A DNA stretch of 44,671 nucleotides from a virus (Duplodnaviria > Caudoviricetes): the IMG/VR virus record IMGVR_UViG_3300033076_001342, positions 1 through 44,671 of that record; one strand, 5' to 3'. The notes below the pieces were generated by a model. That model saw only the letters and a program-made list of their open reading frames with translations, was not told where the DNA came from and searched no databases. A program made the translations under genes and the position numbers. Below, one piece after another: positions 1 through 7,167 of the stretch. The number at the start of each line of letters is the position of its first letter. Position 1 is the first letter of the stretch.

Positions 1-180
1 GCCCCACAGGTTGGCGCCTTGGAGGTTGGCGCCTTGGAGGTTGGCGTCTTGGAGGTTGGCGCCCCGCAGATTGGCGCCCCGCAGGTCGGCGCCCCGCATG
101 TCGGCGCCCCACAGGTTGGCGCCTTGGAGGTTGGCGCCTTGGAGGTTGGCGTCTTGGAGGTTGGCGCCCCGCAGATTGGC
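1..180. repeat. 15-bp tandem repeat (aggttggcgccttgg / aggttggcgccccgc variants)
   Basis: About 12 imperfect 15-mer units read directly; nt 8-67 equal the last 60 nt of the window. Confidence 0.95.
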
Positions 181-195
181 GCTAGGCCCGATCAT
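1..195 (-). CDS. Pentapeptide-repeat protein, N-terminal part (gene wraps the contig end and continues at 44671-44068)
   Basis: ATG at 195 behind AAGGGA; reads [20 protein letters not shown]...; A(N/D)L(R/Q/W)(G/D) repeats are open to position 1 and match the repeats at the other end. Confidence 0.8.
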   Translation of the reverse strand, partial: MIGPSANLRGANLQDANLQGANLQGANLWGADMRGADLRGANLRGANLQDANLQGANLQGANLWG

Positions 196-370
196 ATGTC
201 CCTTGACCTGCATTTTCGGTTCTCCTGTATTCGATGTCGATGTCGTGTTGAGCGGCCAATCGGTTCAGCCGCTCAATCTCTTGTTCGGGGGACGCGGGGT
301 GGTCCCAGGTATGTTCGAAAACACGGACCCGTTGACCATCCGCCACCACTTCGACCCAGACGGCCTGCAT
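182..370 (-). CDS. Hypothetical early protein
   Basis: 62-aa ORF packed between neighbours with overlapping start/stop codons. Confidence 0.6.
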   Translation of the reverse strand: MQAVWVEVVADGQRVRVFEHTWDHPASPEQEIERLNRLAAQHDIDIEYRRTENAGQGTYDRA

Positions 371-594
371 CAGTGCGTCGGGCCTGCCTTGGCACGTTCC
401 ACGCGCAGGGCTTCCTGGGCCTTGGCCAGATCTGCCTTGGCTTTCGCCAGCTTGCGAGGGGCTTGCAGCGCAGCGAGTTCGGCGCGGGCGGCCTTGGTTT
501 CGGCGCGGACGGCCTTCAGTTCGGTCTGGTCGGGCGTCGCGGCGAATGAGGAGAGGGCGGCGGACAGCAGAATGAAGATGAGGGTGTTTCGCAT
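370..594 (-). CDS. Small secreted or periplasmic coiled-coil protein
   Basis: Signal peptide [18 protein letters not shown], Ala/Lys helix, AGGAG RBS, promoter directly upstream. Confidence 0.75.
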   Translation of the reverse strand: MRNTLIFILLSAALSSFAATPDQTELKAVRAETKAARAELAALQAPRKLAKAKADLAKAQEALRVERAKAGPTH

Positions 595-633
595 ATCGGG
601 CTCCTATGAGCTATGTTGAGGGGAGGAATCTTG

Positions 634-662
634 AGTGTACTACAGGAGAGAGGGTTTGTCAA
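634..662 (-). promoter_or_regulatory. Sigma70-type early promoter
   Basis: TTGACA-17 nt-TACACT on the minus strand. Confidence 0.8.
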
Positions 663-669
663 TCTCCTT

Positions 670-873
670 TCAGCGGGTCACGGGCGGGAACCAGCCACCG
701 AAACTGATCGTCTCGGCCGCCACTTCATCCGCAGTCGCGTCGGCCGGGACATGCTGGACCATCGGTGCAACGTAGCCTTCGGACTTCAGCTGCTCGATGG
801 CCGCGCTGGCATTGTCGACACGCATGCGGCCGGCCGGCTGGCCGTTGACATCAAATGCAACAAAAGTCATCAT
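670..873 (-). CDS. Hypothetical early protein
   Basis: 67-aa ORF with AGGAG RBS. Confidence 0.65.
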   Translation of the reverse strand: MMTFVAFDVNGQPAGRMRVDNASAAIEQLKSEGYVAPMVQHVPADATADEVAAETISFGGWFPPVTR

Positions 874-907
874 GAGAAGCTCCTGGCTGGAGGGTTGAAA
901 ATGAGTG

Positions 908-1180
908 TCAGCTATGGCACTCGACGGGAGACGTGGGGGTGCGCTTGATCAGCGCCAACATCATCGAGCTACCCTGGACGAAGTTGCCATTGTGGTCGGC
1001 ATCGCAGACCAGATGGCACTCGGTCCAGCCATTCTTATCGGTCGGCTGAACGTGCAGACCGAAGGCGAGGTAGTTGCTCGTGTCCGACCAGCGTTCGATT
1101 CGGATCTTGGCCGCTTCGAGCATGTCGGGATGGGCGGCGAGAGTTGCAAGGTCTTCGCAGCGGATAATGATTTGATACAT
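908..1180 (-). CDS. Hypothetical early protein
   Basis: 90-aa ORF tiled with minus-strand neighbours. Confidence 0.6.
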   Translation of the reverse strand: MYQIIIRCEDLATLAAHPDMLEAAKIRIERWSDTSNYLAFGLHVQPTDKNGWTECHLVCDADHNGNFVQGSSMMLALIKRTPTSPVECHS

Positions 1181-1183
1181 GAC

Positions 1184-1465
1184 TCAACCTTTGAGGAAGG
1201 GGACACGGGTCAGAGGAATGGTGAAATCACCGTGCCCCTGGCGGGAATTGGTCGGGTGACCGGCGATTCGATGTTCATTGATTGCATCTGGCCACACCTT
1301 ATCACCGGTCAGGTCGAAGTCTGTGAAATTGAAGCCTTCGCCTGGGCGACGCCTGGGGTCCATATCGTATTCACGGACCCAGAACGACACGTCCGGGTCC
1401 TGATTGTCCGGGTGTCGCGCGCCCCGGATGGCGTCGATCAGCAGTTGCAGATCAGAGAGTTTCAT
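1184..1465 (-). CDS. Hypothetical early protein (start MKLSDL at 1465)
   Basis: ATAGGAG RBS before ATG 1465; promoter at 1496-1524 lies inside the longer ORF call. Confidence 0.7.
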   Translation of the reverse strand: MKLSDLQLLIDAIRGARHPDNQDPDVSFWVREYDMDPRRRPGEGFNFTDFDLTGDKVWPDAINEHRIAGHPTNSRQGHGDFTIPLTRVPFLKG

Positions 1466-1495
1466 TTCAGGACTCCTATCGACTATCGAAACTTG

Positions 1496-1524
1496 AGTAT
1501 ACCACACCTGAGATGGCGCGTCAA
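1496..1524 (-). promoter_or_regulatory. Sigma70-type early promoter with extended -10
   Basis: TTGACG-17 nt-TATACT with TG upstream of the -10. Confidence 0.85.
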
Positions 1525-1525
1525 G

Positions 1526-1789
1526 TTATTGTTCACACTCGTCGCGCATCGGCTCGTCAGTCCCGTAGAACCAGGGGTCATCGCAGTACATATTCGGTCC
1601 GATTCGTCGGACCGGGCCGACGGGGCTCAGGACTTCGCATTCGTAATCAGTCTCGCAATTGATGTGGCCGGCGTAGACGGCGGCGTGACGGATCGCGATG
1701 GTGACGTCCTCGAATGTGTCCGTCTTCGTGGCCGCGACTGCGGCGATGCAGGCGACCAGAATCCAGCCGGCATTGATGATGACTCGCAT
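1526..1789 (-). CDS. Small Cys-containing protein with N-terminal signal/TM segment
   Basis: MRVIINAGWILVACIAAVAA hydrophobic N-terminus. Confidence 0.6.
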   Translation of the reverse strand: MRVIINAGWILVACIAAVAATKTDTFEDVTIAIRHAAVYAGHINCETDYECEVLSPVGPVRRIGPNMYCDDPWFYGTDEPMRDECEQ

Positions 1790-1792
1790 GAT

Positions 1793-2059
1793 TCACTCCA
1801 CGCGCAGGATGGCGGCGTTGGCTGGATTTGACGGCGTGATCGTCAGGATGCCGCCATGTTCACGGGGCAGGATGATCTGGACGGCGAAGTACCCGTCCAG
1901 ATCGATGGCGGGCATGATTTCATCGACTTGCTCTTCGGGTGTCATCAGGCCGGCTTCGATGAGGGCCGATTCGATTTCGATATCGCCCCATTCCTGGTCA
2001 ACATTCTCGATGAAGTTGCGGCAGGCGACGTCGAGGCGAGGCGTGATCTGGATTTGCAT
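1793..2059 (-). CDS. Hypothetical acidic early protein
   Basis: 88-aa ORF with ATAGGAG RBS and upstream promoter. Confidence 0.7.
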   Translation of the reverse strand: MQIQITPRLDVACRNFIENVDQEWGDIEIESALIEAGLMTPEEQVDEIMPAIDLDGYFAVQIILPREHGGILTITPSNPANAAILRVE

Positions 2060-2085
2060 GATGGGCTCCTATTGACTATGGTGTG

Positions 2086-2113
2086 ATTAGAACACGGGGA
2101 GAGGGGCTGTCAA
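2086..2113 (-). promoter_or_regulatory. Sigma70-type early promoter
   Basis: TTGACA-16 nt-TCTAAT with TG extension. Confidence 0.65.
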
Positions 2114-2128
2114 GCCCCCATCTTGGTG

Positions 2129-2830
2129 TCAGACCAGGGGCTTCCACTGCGCGAAGGCGGCGTCCAGGTCGGCCGCCTTGATGATCCCGGCCTTCAGGGC
2201 GTGACGGGCCTTATTCCGAAGATTCATCGACTGCTGGCCCGGATTCAGGGCGATATAGGGGTTCACGCTGGTCGTCAGACCCTTGTCGAAGAGCAGGCGA
2301 CCCAGGCTGGCGACGACCTGTTCGCGGGTGTACTTGCCGCAAAGCATGGCCAGCGGGTCGCCATTGCAGAGGATGCCATTCGCGGCCTGGACGTAATTCT
2401 TGCGAGCGCTAACCAGGGCCAGCATCGGACCGCTGTAGCGGGTCTTCTCTTCGGGAACGACCATCTGCTCGGCCACGTACGCCTCGATCGCCTCAGGGGT
2501 AGCCTTGTCGCCCAGGATGGCGACGGCGTCCACGCGAAGGGTCGCGCGCATCAGTTCGAGCTCGCCGTCACGCTTGGCGATCTGCTCGGCGATGCTGGGC
2601 TCGATCTTGGGGGTGGCCGCCTCAGGCGCAGCCGGGAGGTCCTTGATGGGTTCTTGCTTCGCGGCCTGGGCTTCGGCCTTCTTCGTCTCGCGAAGGGCCT
2701 TGCGGCTGGCCGCTTTGCGTTCCTTGTCGGCCTGGGCCTGGGCGGCGATTTCAGCCGGCGACTTGTTCAGGGCCTTGACCGGCTGACGGGCGCGGGTCTT
2801 GGGGGTTTCGGTCTGGGTGGCGTTCGCCAT
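2129..2830 (-). CDS. Ala/Lys-rich early protein, paralogue of 43088-43828
   Basis: Strong RBS; shares YSGPMLAL...GDP...LNPGQQSMNLRN with the 43 kb gene. Confidence 0.85.
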   Translation of the reverse strand: MANATQTETPKTRARQPVKALNKSPAEIAAQAQADKERKAASRKALRETKKAEAQAAKQEPIKDLPAAPEAATPKIEPSIAEQIAKRDGELELMRATLRVDAVAILGDKATPEAIEAYVAEQMVVPEEKTRYSGPMLALVSARKNYVQAANGILCNGDPLAMLCGKYTREQVVASLGRLLFDKGLTTSVNPYIALNPGQQSMNLRNKARHALKAGIIKAADLDAAFAQWKPLV

Positions 2831-2895
2831 GGTGGGCTCCTATCGACTATCGGCGGGTTGTGGACCGCTGCGGGCTTGCCTCGATCCATGTTGGG

Positions 2896-2924
2896 ATTAG
2901 AACACAGCCCGGAGGGCTTGTCAA
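2896..2924 (-). promoter_or_regulatory. Sigma70-type early promoter
   Basis: TTGACA-17 nt-TCTAAT with TG extension. Confidence 0.7.
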
Positions 2925-3155
2925 TGGGTCCAGGGACATCGGAGTGTCACGAGGTGTATCAGATGTGACGGGGCGTGGATACTGGCTCACTCCATGAGCC
3001 ACCCCCCCTCCTGAGGAGCCCCCCCCCTCCTGACACAGATCTGTGACAGCTGTCACGGCCGGACATAGGTGTATCAGAGTGTGACAGGGCGAGGAGGGGG
3101 GGCTCCACCGGGGGGAGGGGGTATATGTGGAGTGGGTATCGCCCCGGGGACGAGA

Positions 3156-3286
3156 GATACTCCCCCCACCACTCCTGCCTCTCCCCCATATCAGAGAGAG
3201 AGTGTGGGGGACGGACGGATGGCGGACCCCAGCTACGCGCGGAGTGACGGATATGGCCATGGACCAGGAGTGGTGGGGGGAGTATC
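3156..3286. repeat. Perfect 22-bp inverted repeat in non-coding G/C-run region
   Basis: GATACTCCCCCCACCACTCCTG (3156-3177) / CAGGAGTGGTGGGGGGAGTATC (3265-3286). Confidence 0.9.
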
Positions 3287-3356
3287 CCCCCCCGCACAGA
3301 CTGTCACAGGAGACACAGCCTGCCACAGGGGCGGGGATGGCTGGCACGGGGGTTGC

Positions 3357-3632
3357 TTAGGTATATGGGTTGTTGTCGCGCCATGCCCCAGACAGGACGG
3401 CTTTCAGCACCCAGGGGGAATCGGTGGACCAGATCGTGCCGATCGGGTATCCGTGGTGTTGGCCTTCGACGACCTCGAAGGTGGTTCGGGCGCCGCGGAT
3501 CGCGACGACACGGCAGGTATGGACCACGCCGGGCTGGGTGTGGATCTGGTGCGTGCCCTTCTTCGCGGCTTCGATCGCCATGCGGCGCTTCGCGGCTTCG
3601 GTGCGGGTCGATCCGGGGGTGGTGCGGGACAC
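3357..3632 (-). CDS. Hypothetical protein, first gene of the minus-strand early cluster
   Basis: GTG start behind the conserved GATAGGAGCCCACC leader; promoter upstream. Confidence 0.7.
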   Translation of the reverse strand: MSRTTPGSTRTEAAKRRMAIEAAKKGTHQIHTQPGVVHTCRVVAIRGARTTFEVVEGQHHGYPIGTIWSTDSPWVLKAVLSGAWRDNNPYT

Positions 3633-3686
3633 GGTGGGCTCCTATCGGTTATCGGCGGCGGGGCCTCTCCCCATCGCCATAAGGCT

Positions 3687-3714
3687 ATTATACCACCGGC
3701 ACGGGCTATCGCAA
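3687..3714 (-). promoter_or_regulatory. Sigma70-type early promoter
   Basis: TTGCGA-16 nt-TATAAT with TG extension. Confidence 0.65.
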
Positions 3715-3768
3715 TACCCCTGAGCCATAAACGTGTTAATAGCTTAGCGCCTTGCGATAGCCCGTGCC
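3698..3768. repeat. Perfect 17-bp inverted repeat
   Basis: GGCACGGGCTATCGCAA (3698-3714) / TTGCGATAGCCCGTGCC (3752-3768). Confidence 0.9.
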
Positions 3769-3835
3769 TATTACCAGGGCCAGCAACACGGGACCGCGTG
3801 CGCCCGCACGCGTAGCAAGCCCTGTGCCAGGACAG

Positions 3836-3952
3836 CGAAGTAAGTGACCACTGACCCTTCGCCCCGGGCCATGAGCCGCAGTTAGCGCTCACTAACCCGC
3901 GAAGTAAGGACTCACTGACCTCGGCGCCCGGACGAAGTGTGCGCTCGCTTCG
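3836..3952. repeat. Four imperfect ~20-bp semi-palindromic direct repeats
   Basis: cgaagtaagtgaccactgacc, gcagttagcgctcactaacc, cgaagtaaggactcactgacc, cgaagtgtgcgctcgcttcg. Confidence 0.7.
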
Positions 3953-4116
3953 AATAGTGGGCAGGAGCAAGGGCGCCGCGAAAAAAGGGGTATACTCACC
4001 CGGTTCTTTCGCGACGAAACTATATTCACGATAGGGGGGTCACGCAACTCGTCCTTCTCCTCTTCTTCTAAGCTACTTCTCCCTCGTTTCCAGCCGTGCT
4101 ATACTCCGCGCCAGAT

Positions 4117-4626
4117 ATGGACACCTTGCCCGCGACAACTGACATGAGCGACATCGTTCGCCTGCTTTCACCGCAGGAAGAAGCATTCGTTCTCGCGTAC
4201 ATCGAACATGGCGGCAATTCCGCTGCCGCGTACAAGGCATCGTTCGGTGAAGACGCTGAATACGCCACAGCGCAGGCATCCATACTCTTGCGGCGCCCTG
4301 AGGTATCCAGTCGTATTCGTGAGTTGAACGACACAATCGCTGAGGCGGCTTGTTTGTCGTTGGCGGCCCATATGCAGCAGCTTGCCGAGATTCGGGATGT
4401 GGCAAAAGCCCAAGGGTCCCTCAAAGTATCGTTGGCGGCTGAAGTGAAGCGTGGAGAGGTTGCCGGTCTTTATGTCGGTAAGACTGGCGCGGCAGTTGTG
4501 GTCAATAACAACTCAACCCCGCAGCCCGACCGACTCACAAGATTGGCGAGCCGTCTGACCAATTTGAATTCCAAAAGTTCCGATGCCGTCGACGTGCAAG
4601 CGCGTGTCATTGGCGAGGATGAATGA
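4117..4626 (+). CDS. terS: Terminase small subunit
   Basis: LSPQEEAFVLAYIEHGGNSAAAY...ASILLRRPEV HTH pattern typical of TerS; first late gene, upstream of TerL. Confidence 0.85.
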   Translation: MDTLPATTDMSDIVRLLSPQEEAFVLAYIEHGGNSAAAYKASFGEDAEYATAQASILLRRPEVSSRIRELNDTIAEAACLSLAAHMQQLAEIRDVAKAQGSLKVSLAAEVKRGEVAGLYVGKTGAAVVVNNNSTPQPDRLTRLASRLTNLNSKSSDAVDVQARVIGEDE

Positions 4627-4662
4627 TTCCCAACCGCCGCAAGGCATTTTTGAAAGACGACC

Positions 4663-4806
4663 ATGCTCGAAGAATTCCTGAAGTGGCTCCAGCCCGAACA
4701 CGCCGAAGCGGGCCGCGCCTTGCTCGTCAACATCCTGTCCCGGCTCGAGGCGCTGGAGAATGCAGTCGCGCCCCCGCAAGAGCAACCCGCACCCAAGGCG
4801 GACTGA
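4663..4806 (+). CDS. Small hypothetical protein (47 aa, not in the ORF track)
   Basis: MLEEFLKWLQPEHAEAGRALLVNILSRLEALENAVAPPQEQPAPKAD; fills the gap before ATG 4809. Confidence 0.6.
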   Translation: MLEEFLKWLQPEHAEAGRALLVNILSRLEALENAVAPPQEQPAPKAD

Positions 4807-4808
4807 TC

Positions 4809-5120
4809 ATGCAAATCGGTTCCGTTCAAAAGACGTCAGGGGAAACAAGGAAATTCTCCTGGAACTTGGCGTCGCCCGCCCTTGCCGCTGGAGAGGCGAT
4901 TTCTTCGGCCACGGTGACTTGTGCGGTATGGTCCGGAACCGATGCTTCACCATCTTCGATGATCAGTGGGTCGGCGACCGTTTCAAGTACGACGGTGACC
5001 CAGACTATCGTCGGTGGGATAGCCGGGAACATCTACCTGTTGACGATCACCGCAGTGACGTCGGCGGGTCAGACGCTCAAAGCAACATCATATCTGGCGA
5101 TCATCGACACCCCGATCTGA
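4809..5120 (+). CDS. Small beta-rich virion/adaptor-like protein
   Basis: K..GETRKFSW...GEAISSATV...G..Y.LTITAVTS.GQT pattern seen in small phage Ig-like proteins. Confidence 0.6.
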   Translation: MQIGSVQKTSGETRKFSWNLASPALAAGEAISSATVTCAVWSGTDASPSSMISGSATVSSTTVTQTIVGGIAGNIYLLTITAVTSAGQTLKATSYLAIIDTPI

Positions 5121-5121
5121 T

Positions 5122-5508
5122 ATGCCGAAAGTTCGCTGGCTTGACCGTCGGATTGCCAAGCCCGGTCCCCATCTCGCCCTGTGCCTGTCGGAAGACGAGT
5201 TCCGGGCCGCGCTCAGGCACCTGAAGTGCAAGGAGCAGGTCCAGTTTCTGGGGCCGCATGCCGACGCCACAACGACCACGCTCACGAAGGACGACCGGCT
5301 TTGCTGCATCATCAGTATGGGCGACACGGCCGAGCGCACGCCGGTCGAGATTGCCGGGCTGCTGATCCACGAGTCAGTACATGTGTGGCAAGCTTACGTT
5401 GATGCAATGGGCGAGCGCAACCCGGGCGCCGAACAGGAGGCGTACGCCATTCAGGCCATTGCACAGGAATTGTTAGCCGAGTACGCGCGTAGGATCGGTC
5501 AGGTTTGA
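5122..5508 (+). CDS. Hypothetical protein with HExxH motif
   Basis: LIHESVH...EQEAY. Confidence 0.7.
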   Translation: MPKVRWLDRRIAKPGPHLALCLSEDEFRAALRHLKCKEQVQFLGPHADATTTTLTKDDRLCCIISMGDTAERTPVEIAGLLIHESVHVWQAYVDAMGERNPGAEQEAYAIQAIAQELLAEYARRIGQV

Positions 5509-5509
5509 T

Positions 5510-6976
5510 ATGCAAACTGAGCGTGTAAAGCTAACAGCCGCGCTCATCGAGTCGTTTGCAGGGGCTTATCTTAGCCCCATGTACGACAATCCCCAGCCGA
5601 CTCCGCAATTCCATCGGGACGCTTGGGACCTATACTGCACCGAATGGGACCTCTGTTCGGTAATCGCGCCGCGCGAACATGCGAAGTCGACGGCGTTGAC
5701 CCATGATTACATTCTTGCGACTATCCTGTTCCGTGAGCAAGACTATGTCGTGGTGGTTTCTGCCACTGAAGAACTTGCGATCGGGCATTTGGGCGACATC
5801 GCCAAAGAGTTGCGTGAGAACGAAGATCTGATTGCGGACTTCGGCATCAAATGCCTGATCGTCGACGCAAAGACTGACGTTGTTGTCGAGTTCGAAGATG
5901 GTCACCAAGCGCGCGTGATTGCCCGTGGATCGGGTCAGAAAATGCGCGGACTCAAGTGGAATGGTAAGCGGCCCGGCCTGATTGTGGGCGATGACCTGGA
6001 AGAAGATGAACAGGTCGAGAACATGGACCGCCGCGTCAAGTTCCGCAAATGGGTCTACCGGGCTCTGTTGCCGTGTCGACGCCGTGGTGGTAAGGTTCGA
6101 ATCCACGGGACAGTGCTTCATGAGGATTCAATACTATCCAGAATACAAAAATCGGCAGCTTGGAAAGTCAAGAAGTTCAAAGCGCATACCGCTTTTGATG
6201 ATTTCACGGACATTCTGTGGCCCGAGCAATTTCCCGTCGAACGTCTAAAAGCCATTCGGCAATCCTTTGTCGATGATGGCGACGCTCCCGGATATTCTCA
6301 GGAATATCTCAACGACCCATTCGATAATTCTCAGGCATATCTCCGAAAGTCCGACTTTCTTCCGATGGACGAAGAAGACCGCAAGAGGGCCAAGACGAAG
6401 GCTGTCGGGTGTGACTTCGCTGTTTCGAAAGCAGATAAAGCCAATCGGACCAGTTTCACAGTCGGCGGAAAATGTTCTTATAACCTTGTGAGTATCATCG
6501 ATCAGTACGTCGGACGTCTAGACACCCTCGAGTGGGTTGATCTGATGTTCGACATTGAAGATCGATACCATCCGGACACGTGGTTCGTTGAAGGTGGGGT
6601 CATCTGGTCATCTGTATGGCCGATGATAAGGCGCGAAATGCAGGTTCGAGACACTTGGATGAATTTTGTAGTAATCCAACCGACCAAGGACAAGGCGGCT
6701 CGAGGCCGCCCGTACCAAAAGCGGATGCGGGCGGGCGGTATGCGTTTCGATAAAGAGGCTGAGTGGTATCCGGCATATGAGGCCGAGAATCTTCGATTCA
6801 CCGGGACCGGTGACGCGATTCAAGACGACCAGTTTGACTCCACCGCTATTCTCGTAAAAGGCTTCGATCTGATTCCTGAAGTTGAAGAAGAAGATTTCGA
6901 GGATGATGAAGAGTTCGAAATGCGAAACCAAGATCCCCGTGTAGTGGCGGGGCGATCAACTGTGACGGGGTACTGA
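5510..6976 (+). CDS. terL: Terminase large subunit
   Basis: Walker A-like APREHAKST, Walker B LIVGDDLE, coupling GT, nuclease GCDFA...DDQFD. Confidence 0.95.
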   Translation: MQTERVKLTAALIESFAGAYLSPMYDNPQPTPQFHRDAWDLYCTEWDLCSVIAPREHAKSTALTHDYILATILFREQDYVVVVSATEELAIGHLGDIAKELRENEDLIADFGIKCLIVDAKTDVVVEFEDGHQARVIARGSGQKMRGLKWNGKRPGLIVGDDLEEDEQVENMDRRVKFRKWVYRALLPCRRRGGKVRIHGTVLHEDSILSRIQKSAAWKVKKFKAHTAFDDFTDILWPEQFPVERLKAIRQSFVDDGDAPGYSQEYLNDPFDNSQAYLRKSDFLPMDEEDRKRAKTKAVGCDFAVSKADKANRTSFTVGGKCSYNLVSIIDQYVGRLDTLEWVDLMFDIEDRYHPDTWFVEGGVIWSSVWPMIRREMQVRDTWMNFVVIQPTKDKAARGRPYQKRMRAGGMRFDKEAEWYPAYEAENLRFTGTGDAIQDDQFDSTAILVKGFDLIPEVEEEDFEDDEEFEMRNQDPRVVAGRSTVTGY

Positions 6977-6978
6977 AA

Positions 6979-7167
6979 ATGGCTAAATCAAGTGCGAAAG
7001 CGGTCGTTAGATCTTCACAATCTCGTGAAGAAAAGAAATGGCAAGCCCAAGACGACTTGAGAACACTTCAACGAGCCCAGGAAGTGCAAGCGGACAGCCG
7101 TAGAATGGCCGCTGTGACTCGTGAAGCAAAGGCCCAGATGGCCGCACTCGCTAAGGTGAAAAAATGA
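6979..7167 (+). CDS. Small basic helical protein
   Basis: 62-aa ORF between TerL and portal with ATGA coupling. Confidence 0.7.
   Translation: MAKSSAKAVVRSSQSREEKKWQAQDDLRTLQRAQEVQADSRRMAAVTREAKAQMAALAKVKK

Noticed and set aside
1-180. CRISPR array or terminal direct repeat
   Set aside because: Contiguous 15-bp units with no spacers that encode pentapeptides; the end overlap is best explained as an assembly break in the repeat
11-619. Plus-strand repeat ORFs (APWRL / EVGAL repeats)
   Set aside because: Antisense shadows of the pentapeptide-repeat gene; no RBS, and the region is otherwise all minus-strand
2847-3815. ORFs across the G/C-run region (2847-3347, 2959-3297, 3069-3815)
   Set aside because: Low-complexity Gly/Pro translations of homopolymer runs, no RBS, and they overlap promoters and inverted repeats
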